A stretch of DNA of 64,000 nt. It comes from Octopus sinensis (taxonomy: Eukaryota). Made by a program: the position numbers and the translations under genes. The stretch covers positions 145,142,001 through 145,206,000 of the forward strand of contig NC_042998.1 in the NCBI RefSeq assembly GCF_006345805.1, written 5' to 3'. Shown in pieces: positions 54,850 to 64,000 of the stretch; positions within the stretch are counted from its first letter, which is position 1; each line of letters starts with the position of its first letter. A model generated the notes under the pieces. The model was given only the letters and a program-made list of their open reading frames with translations, did no database searches and had not been told where the DNA came from.

Positions 54850-55513
54850 CACATACAGAAAAACAGGCAAACATATGTATATATATACACATGCACAAAT
54901 ACATACACAAAGACATGCAAATTCACACATACACAGTCTTGCAAGCTCACACACACATATGCATATATACACACAAAAACGCGCGCGCGTACACACACAT
55001 ATACACAAACATATACATATACGTACACACATACATACACACACACACACATACACACATACATATACAAACGCGATAATTCTTCTAAAACGACTGAAGT
55101 CAAGCGATATGTAGAGATAGAGCTCTATTGATAATAAGACTCCACAATAAACCTGGTTGTGCTTGTAAATTGGTTGTTGTTGTGGTGGTAGTGATGGTAA
55201 TGGTGGTGAATTAGAGGGAGGAGGAGGAGGATGTGATGGTTATGGTGACGGTGGCGAAGAAACGTTGTCATCAAAGGGTTGTGTTTTCAACTTTGAAAGG
55301 TAATTCAAACAGCTATTTGAATGAATAAAAAAAGGTATTATTATTATTATTATTATCATCATCATCATCATCATCATCATTACTATTCTTCTCATTATTA
55401 TTAGAGCAGTAATAGTAGTAATGATTGTGATGATGACGGTGATGACGAGGATGGTGATTTATTTGGTAAAGATGCATCAGCAGGAGGGCTGTAGTAGTAG
55501 TAAATACATAAAT

Positions 55514-55548
<35 letters not shown>

Positions 55549-55572
55549 ACACAGAGCCGTATATACATATGA

Positions 55573-55690
<118 letters not shown>

Positions 55691-55718
55691 ATGTATATAT
55701 ATATGTATGTATACGTAC

Positions 55719-55749
<31 letters not shown>

Positions 55750-55819
55750 ATATAGAGTATGCATTATAATAATTGATGAAGGAAATGGAAGATAGATATT
55801 TAGCACTAATTTTTATTCA

Positions 55820-55924
55820 GTACGACGATCGTTTCGACCCATCCTGCAACTATCCGTTATGGGTAGGATATTGTGCATCTAATTGTGTTGCATCACTCTG
55901 TGCAGTTTGTGTCACATCAGGTGC
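55820..55924 (-). ncRNA. Decayed hammerhead motif, homologous to 42437-42542
   Basis: Minus strand: GCAC-CTGATGT-GAC...GATGG-GTC-GAAA-CGATCG-TC-GTAC; A9 to T and one helix I mismatch. Confidence 0.7.
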
Positions 55925-56404
55925 ATATTCCATTAGATATACTGGGGATGTTCTGCTAGATATACTGAGCTCTCCTAGGCATGTTGATCTTGCTGCCTAT
56001 ACACACACACACACACACACACACCATATATATATATATATATGTATGTATGCATATCTGAATGTGTCTTTCATTTCTCCTTCACTTTCCTATGCTCAAC
56101 CACTTGTATATATTTTTCATATCTCTCCTTCCTTCCTAAGCACTCAATACTCTACACATCTTTATTCTTTTCTTGTTTCCCTATCTTTCCTCTTTCCTCT
56201 ATATCTCGGTTCTCTCTTCACTCCTCACCTCTTTCTCTACTCCTTCATTTTCTCCTTTCAATTCTCTTAACTTACCTTGTACTTCTCTGTCTTTTCTCCA
56301 ACGTTTTCATTATTACTTTAAATAACTATCTACTTTCGTCGCCATTTTAATTATAGATCTTTACCACGCCCTGTTCAATGAATATTTTTCACATACACAC
56401 ACAT

Positions 56405-56446
<42 letters not shown>

Positions 56447-56964
56447 CTACGCGCGTGCGCGTGCACGTGCGGCGTATAATGTATGAAACACTCCCAAGGA
56501 TTCTTGTAGACATTCCGTTCATATATTTCTATTAATATATCAAAACCTAGTCCATTTATCCAGTTTTCCTCCCTAATACAAATGGTTCTCTGCCATTAGT
56601 GCTATTGCTTCCAACCTCTGTTGTAGAATTACCTGCTAATTAGAATATTCCTCGGTAAATCTATTCGTCGTTAATTCTTTTATTGCCTGCTGATTGTCTG
56701 TCTATCTGTCTGTCTGTCGCTGAAACAACTATATGCATTCTGTTGCCTATATTCTTGACCTCTTAATCAATCAATCTACGTATTACATATCTGTGTAGAC
56801 ATACTCACACGTACGCACAATACCACTTGGGTAAACCTATTGAGTAAACTTATCAATAACGAACCTAATGAATATTGGAAACAGTTGTAAGTCAAATTTA
56901 TTATAGTGAAAAAGAAACATGTAATGACCGTTATTCATGCCTTGTCTGTCTGTCTGTCACTCTG

Positions 56965-57048
<84 letters not shown>

Positions 57049-57064
57049 CTTATAAATACGTAAT

Positions 57065-57512
57065 AATTGATGGACAGGTGTCAATCCAGTACAGCCGTTT
57101 TTAACGAATATTTTAATTGATCAATGAGTACGTTATATCATTAAAAAACCGTTTTCTTCAGATGAATACATAAATCTTACAATCAAGGACATTTGAAATA
57201 ATTAAAAAATAACTCGAAATCCGCAGCACGAACATATTATTTTGTGTGACTGGTTCCTGCCTTAGAATGAGCAACCATTCTACGGCGGGAACCAGTAGTA
57301 GAATCACGCAAAAAATAATGTTCGTGCTGCGGATTTTGAATTATTTAAAATTATTTCAAATGTCCTTGATTGTAAGAATCGTGTATTTATCTGAAGAAAA
57401 CGTTTTTTAAAAAAATGATATAATGTACATGAGTACGTTATATTATTTTTTTAAATATTTTAAAATATTCGTTAGAAACGGCTGTAATGGATCGACAACT
57501 GCTCATCAGTTG
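57065..57512. mobile_element. Foldback/MITE-like near-complete palindrome
   Basis: Arms of about 200 bp converge on TAGAATG-agcaac-CATTCTA (57263-57282); outer limits approximate; no TSD identified. Confidence 0.75.
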
Positions 57513-57765
57513 TTATTTATTTTTAATTCAGTTATCTTGGAACATGTTCTTTGCATATTCCGAAGAATATTATGGACTGTATATTTAATTAAAATGTACA
57601 TGTTTGAAAAGCGCAAGAGCAGGTCCAATTAACGGTATACGTTACATGAAGATCATTCTGCCAGTACTCCTGTACCAAGGTTGGAATTCATCTATATTTG
57701 TGGTGTGTGCGTTTTATTCCGAGCTAACCAGGTGCCTTAACTTTAAGTACCTTATTCTGCTAAAT

Positions 57766-57860
<95 letters not shown>

Positions 57861-57995
57861 ATATATTTTTAAAACAGTTAGATTCAGACCGAATAAATAA
57901 TACATATTTTAATAATACATGTTTTAAATAATACATAACTTTGGGTAAATGCGTTGAGTGCCCTTTTCTTCCGTTTGTCCACTCACTCGTGTGTC

Positions 57996-58068
<73 letters not shown>

Positions 58069-58281
58069 GGGGGATCAATCAACAACATAGAAATTAAAAT
58101 ATTGTCCACACATAGAACAGATACAACAATCAGACAATTACAGAAGCTACACACATAATAGAAAATAAACCTAGCCTGAATAGAAAACTAGAATGGAACA
58201 CTAGCACACACCACAACATATGACGGTAGAGGATCCCGAAAACATAATAAATACACAGATAAATAAACAAATAGAAATAAA

Positions 58282-58324
<43 letters not shown>

Positions 58325-58610
58325 ACTTATTATTATTATTACTAGTATTGTTGTTATACATACATACAAGCATATGTAATGATAAAAATAAAGGGATGAA
58401 CAAAATAAGAATAAACAAAAACAACAACAAAAAAAATTACATGAACGTATATAAACAGAAGATACAAATATTACAGGCACCCCCCACATACACTAAATAA
58501 ACATAGACGGACATAGAGATATAAGCATGCGCAAATGAAGACATACAATAGAAATACAAAATGGCTGACCGTTAGTAAGGAGAGACACAAATAAGAAAGA
58601 AGAAAACAAA

Positions 58611-58655
58611 GGACCACTGATGCGGTCACAGGAGTGTGACGAAAGAACTCTGGCC
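58611..58655 (+). ncRNA. Decayed minimal hammerhead-like motif
   Basis: GGACCA-CTGATGC-G-GTCAC(aggagt)GTGAC-GAAA-GAAC-TC-TGGCC. Confidence 0.5.
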
Positions 58656-58878
58656 GAAATAAGATTAAGATTAATATAAAAAAATATATAACACTGAAGC
58701 AAAGTAACACCAGATATATAGTGCGTGTGATTTTATGGCTAAACTTGCAAAATGACCATCCCAATATAACAATATATATATATATATTTATATATATATA
58801 TAATATATATAATATATATATGTGTGTGATATATACAATATATATATATACATATATATATATACATATTTATATATA

Positions 58879-61800
58879 CATCAACAATCAAGGAACGGCC
58901 ATAATAGGCCATTCACCACTAGAAATAACAGCCAAAGCTTCAACCGCAAATAAAAGTCAATTCCGTAAACAGGAGAAAATTTAAAAAACATTTACCCTGT
59001 AATTTTATACGATGCACCGTTTCGTCTGCTGTTAATGGTAAACTAACCTGATTAATTAAATCAGCCAATCTTCCATAGGCCCTCAGATTCTTCAGTAATA
59101 AATAGCCACAAGTCGGAACAGATATTTTCACGAGGCATTTCCGACCCTGCCAAGTTAATATCTGACCTAAATTTTTCAAATCATCGCACTCGCGCCAAAT
59201 TTATCGGCAGCAAATAAATATAAGCCGTCGATTCCATTACGGAATTAACCAGAAAATTCATAATTAATCAATATAGGGTGCCAAAAAAAATTTTGTAGAA
59301 TTTTTTTGCCACCAGCGGCTAGTGGGAAAAAATTAAATAGTCATAGACCATTTTTAAGTTCAACATCAACAATCAAGGAACGGCCATAATAGGCCATTCA
59401 CCCACTAGAAATAACAGCCAAAGCTTCAACCGCAAATAAAAGTCATTCCGTAAACAGGAGAAAATTTAAAAAACATTTACCCTGTAATTTCTTATACGAT
59501 GCACCGTTTCGTCTGCTGTTTAATGGTAAACTAACCTGATTAAATTAAATCAAGCCAATCTTCCATAGGCCCTCAGATTCTTCAGTAAGAATAGCCACAA
59601 GTCGGAACAGATATTTTCACGAGCATTTCCGACCCTGCCAAGTTAATATCTGACCTAAAATTTTCAAATCATCACACTCGCGCAAAATTTATCGGCAGCA
59701 AAAAATATAAGCCGTCGATTCCATTACGGAATTAACCAGAAAATTCATAATTAATCAATATAGGGTGCCAAAAAAAATTTTGTAGAATTTTTTTGCCACC
59801 AGCGGCCTAGTGGAAAAATTAAATAGTCATAGACCATTTTTAAGTTCACCATCAACAATCAAGGAACGGCCATAATAGGCCATTCACCCACTAGAAATAA
59901 CAGCCAAGCTTCAACCGCAAATAAAAGTCAATTCCGTAAACAGGAGAAAATTTAAAAAACATTTACCTGTAATTTCTTATACGATGCACCGTTTCGTCTG
60001 CTGTTTAATGGTAAACTAACCTGATTAAATTAAATCAAGCCAATCTTCCATAGGCCCTCAGATTCTTCAGTAATAAATAGCCACAAGTCGGAACAGATAT
60101 TTTCACGAGGCATTTCCGACCCTGCCAAGTAATATCTGACCTAAAATTTTCAAATCATCGCACTCGCGCCAAATTTATCGGCAGCAAATAAATATAAGCC
60201 GTCGATTCCATTACGGAATTAACCAGAAGAAATTCATAATTAATCAATATAGGGTGCCAAAAAAAATTGTAGAATTTTTTTGCCACCAGCGGCCTAGTGG
60301 GAAAAAATTAAATAGTCATAGACCATTTTTAAGTTCAACATCAACAATCAAGGAACGGCCATAATAGGCCATTCACCCACTAGAAATAACAGCCAAAGCT
60401 TCAACCGCAAATAAAAGTCAATTCCGTAAACAGGAGAAAATTTAAAAAACATTTACCCTGTAATTTCTTATACGATGCACCGTTTCGTCTGCTGTTTAAT
60501 GGTAAACTAACCTGATTAAATTAAATCAAGCCAATCTTCCATAGGCCTCAGATTCTTAAGTAAGAAATAGCCACAAGTCAGAACAGATATTTTCACGAGG
60601 CATTTCCGACCCTGCCAGTTAATATCTGACCTAAAATTTTCAAATCATCACACTCGCGCCAAATTTATTGGAGCAAATAAATATAAGCCGTCGATTCCAT
60701 TACGGAATTAACCAGAAAATTCATAATTAATCATATAGGTGCCAAAAAAAATTTTGTAGAATTTTTTTGCCACCAGCGGCCTAGTGGGAAAAAATTAAAT
60801 AGTCATAGACCATTTTTAAGTTCAACATCAACAATCAAGGAACGGCCATAATAGGCCATTCACCCACTAGAAATAACAGCCAAAGCTTCAACCGCAAATA
60901 AAAGTCAATTCCGTAAACAGGAGAAAATTTAAAAAACATTTACCCTGTAATTTCTTATACGATGCACCGTTCGTCTGCTGTTTAATGGTAAACTAACCTG
61001 ATTAAATTAAATCAAGCCAATCTTCCATAGGCCCTCAGATTCTTCAGTAATAAATAGCCACAAGTCGGAACAGTATTTTCACGAGGCATTTCCGACCCTG
61101 CCAGTTAATATCTGACCTAAAATTTTCAAATCATCGCACTCGCGCCAAATTTATCGGCAGCAAATAAATATAAGCCGTCGATTCCATTACGGAATTAACC
61201 AGAAAATTCATAATAATCAATATAGGGTGCCAAAAAAAATTTTGTAGAATTTTTTGCCACCAGCGGCCTAGTGGGAAAAATTAAATAGTATAGACCATTT
61301 TTAAGTTCAACATCAACAATCAAGGAACGCCATAATAGGCCATTCACCCACTAGAAATAACAGCCAAAGCTTCAACCGCAAAAAAAAGTCAATTCCGTAA
61401 ACAGGAGAAAATTTAAAAAACATTTACCCTGTAATTTCTTATACGATGCACCGTTTCGTCTGCTGTTTAATGGTAAACTAACCTGATTAAATTAAATCAA
61501 GCCAATCTTCCATAGGCCCTCAATTCTTCAGTAATAATAGCCACAAGTCGGAACAGATATTTTCACGAGGCATTTCCGACCCTGCAAGTTAATATCTGAC
61601 CTAAAATTTTCAAATCATCGCACTCGCGCCAAATTTATCGGCAGCAAATAAATATAAGCCGTCGATTCCATTACGGAATTAACCAGAAAATTCATAATTA
61701 ATCAATATAGGGTGCCAAAAAAAATACAGGGTAAATGTTTTTTAAATTTTCTCCTGTTTACGGAATTGACTTTTATTTGCGGTTGAAGCTTTGGCTGTTA

Positions 61801-61953
61801 TTTCTAGTGGGTGAATGGCCTATTATGGCCGTTCCTTGATTGTTGATGTTGAACTTAAAAATGGTCTATGACTATTTAATTTTTTCCCACTAGGCCGCTG
61901 GTGGCAAAAAAATTCTACAAAATTTTTTTTGGCACCCTATATTGATTAATTAT
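58879..61953 (-). mobile_element. Retrozyme-like tandem array: about 490 bp x 5.8 with one hammerhead per unit, plus a 229-bp terminal inverted segment
   Basis: Periods 484-491 bp; direct array 58879-61724; 61725-61953 is the reverse complement of part of the unit; (TA)n-rich on both sides; minus-strand HHR motif in each unit. Confidence 0.9.
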
Positions 61954-62807
61954 TTATATATACATATATAAATATATATGTATGTAAATATATATATATA
62001 TATGTATGTATGTATATATAAAGAGAAAGAGAGAGAGAGAGAGAGAGAGACAAATAAATGGACGGGCAAAAACTGATAAGTGTATAGACGAAGGAAAGGG
62101 CACTCAGCATGTGTCACAGGAATTAAAAATATGTTTGAACAGTTCGTTACTTAAACCTACTTCATTGAGAGTTTCACAAACGCAAAAACTCGTCTGATTG
62201 TTCAAATACTCTCGATCTAAGTGGTGGGACAGCCAGAAGCAAGATCTCTGAGAGGAAAGAATTCAACTTTTACATCGGTATGGGGCTTGGAGAGGCAAGA
62301 AGAGACCATGAATTCCTGCTGTGGGGAGGAGGTCCCATCCCTTTGTCAGGTTGGGTCCGAAGGCAACCACACACACACACACACACACATACATACATAC
62401 ATATTCATTCACATATATATATATAATATAAATAATACATAAATATATATGCATACATATATATGTATATACACATGCATAAATGGGCACAAGAACACCA
62501 TAGAACGTAAACAACATGAAATACGAAAACATGGAATACGAATTTGGTAACAAAAACAGGACAGTGAAAACAAACAGGAAGAGCTGCTAAGCCTAAACGA
62601 GTTGAGTTGGTGAACGCGGAGGAACAAGCTCTGACAGGAGACAGACAAGAATGCGTCTTATCCATGTGGCTAATCAGAGAGAAAGAAAGAAATTCAAGTT
62701 AGGAAAAGAAAGATAGCTGATGGTCATGTGCGAGCAACGAAAGAACAAGGACGGAAGAGTGTGAGAGAGAGAGAGGGACATACATATACATACATATATA
62801 TATACGA

Positions 62808-62960
62808 CAAGCTTTCAGTTTCCGTCTTCGAAATCCACTCAAAAGGCTTCAGTCGGCCTGAGGCTATTGTAGAAGACACATGCTTAAAGTGCCACACAGT
62901 GGACTGAACCAGGAACCATGTGGTTGGGAAGCAAGTTTCTTACCACGCAGCCACACCTGC
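62808..62960 (-). mobile_element. SINE fragment
   Basis: Reverse complement of the 5' part of the SINE at 28014-28170. Confidence 0.7.
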
Positions 62961-63138
62961 TTCATGTTTCAGTAATATTTTTGCTGCGTTTACTGGTTGA
63001 TGAACAAAAGGATAACCGACTAGCAGTTAGTCAGGGATAGTTTGATGGTTCAAATGTTAGCGAAAACTTTCTGAATAATGTTATAAAAGAAATCGAAATA
63101 TGGATGTACAGCTGCGTTGTCGAAAGTGAAAGGTGTCG

Positions 63139-63182
<44 letters not shown>

Positions 63183-63424
63183 TAGAAATATAAAAATATA
63201 TAAAAGGAGCAAAAATACTGGAGATTCAGTATACACCACATGGCAAAATTATGAGTTGAAAATATCTGGAAAACATAAAAAGTGGAAGAGAAATGCTTTC
63301 GTTTCACATAGTTTAATATCTTTTTATAAAGAAATTTTTAAAAATATATACATATTTTATGGATGTAGTGATATCCAACCGGTTTTCGCTATTTAAATTA
63401 GCTTTTCAAGGAACATTGTGAAGC

Positions 63425-63645
63425 AAGGCGGCGAGTTAGTAGAAACGTTAGCACGCCGGGCGAAATACTTGGCGGTATTTCGTTCTGAGTTCAAATTCCG
63501 CCGAGGTCGACTTTGCTTATCATACTTTCGGGGTCGATAAATTAAGTACCAGTTACGCACTGAGGTCGATGTAACCGACTTAATTCCCTTGTCTGTCCTA
63601 GTTTGTCCCCTCTACGTTAGCCCCTTGTGGGCAATAAAGAAATAA
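63425..63645 (+). mobile_element. tRNA-derived SINE
   Basis: Head AAGGCGGCGAGTTAGTAGAAACGTTAGC, B-box-like GAGTTCAAATTCC, A-rich tail. Confidence 0.7.
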
Positions 63646-64000
63646 GGGACAATGTGAAGTAATCAATTCTTGTGACAAAGGGGTCTCGCCATTTTGGATG
63701 CTTGAAAAATAAGAATGAGTTTAGAGAGTGGACCAAGGGAGGTAACACGTGGCAAGGGGGACAACTAAGTCCTCAGTATAATTTTTGTATAATAAGGTGT
63801 GAAGTACTTTTGTATGAATAGGTTTTCCTTGTTTAGGCGTTCTTGCAAGGAGAGTGAATCTTTACATTGGTATAATGGAAAGATATGTAAATTCGGCGTT
63901 TATTTCTTGCGCATCTGTCGATATGTTCACTCTGGGCTATCTGCCTGTATTGAGGAAACGAATCTGTTCTTTATGGAGCGTGACTATGCGCCTCAAAGTA

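Noticed and set aside
56872-56895. GAAACAGTTGTAAGTC, resembling the 3' half of a hammerhead
   Set aside because: No upstream CTGANGA or helix I partner.
59000-61700. Single-base differences between array units as real divergence
   Set aside because: Mostly scattered 1-nt indels in homopolymers, typical of long-read error; cannot be interpreted without raw reads.

Overview
AT-rich, microsatellite-dense animal genomic DNA, most likely an octopus (inferred from the SINE families and repeat landscape; not database-checked). The only host coding sequence I can support is the last exon of a serine hydroxymethyltransferase gene (9804-9970, +). Its upstream exons were not found and probably lie before the window. 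The rest is transposon-derived: RTE-like and RLE-type LINE fragments, internally deleted mariners, Helitron-like non-autonomous elements, MITEs, SINEs and five Penelope-like element (PLE) copies or fragments. The main unexplained layer is a set of type I hammerhead ribozyme (HHR) motifs, found by manual folding. (i) A near full-length 7.6-kb PLE (RT + C-terminal GIY-YIG) carries one HHR in each 1.29-kb pseudo-LTR. (ii) A roughly 490-bp x 5.8 tandem array carries one HHR per unit and ends in an inverted segment that starts about 8 nt from the predicted cleavage site (retrozyme-like). (iii) Seven further dispersed HHR motifs range from intact to decayed, most with long helix II insertions and palindromic helix III. 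Two related PLE copies both have a stop codon exactly at the Tyr of the catalytic YRDD motif. Many single-base indels look like long-read assembly errors. No folding software or database search was run.
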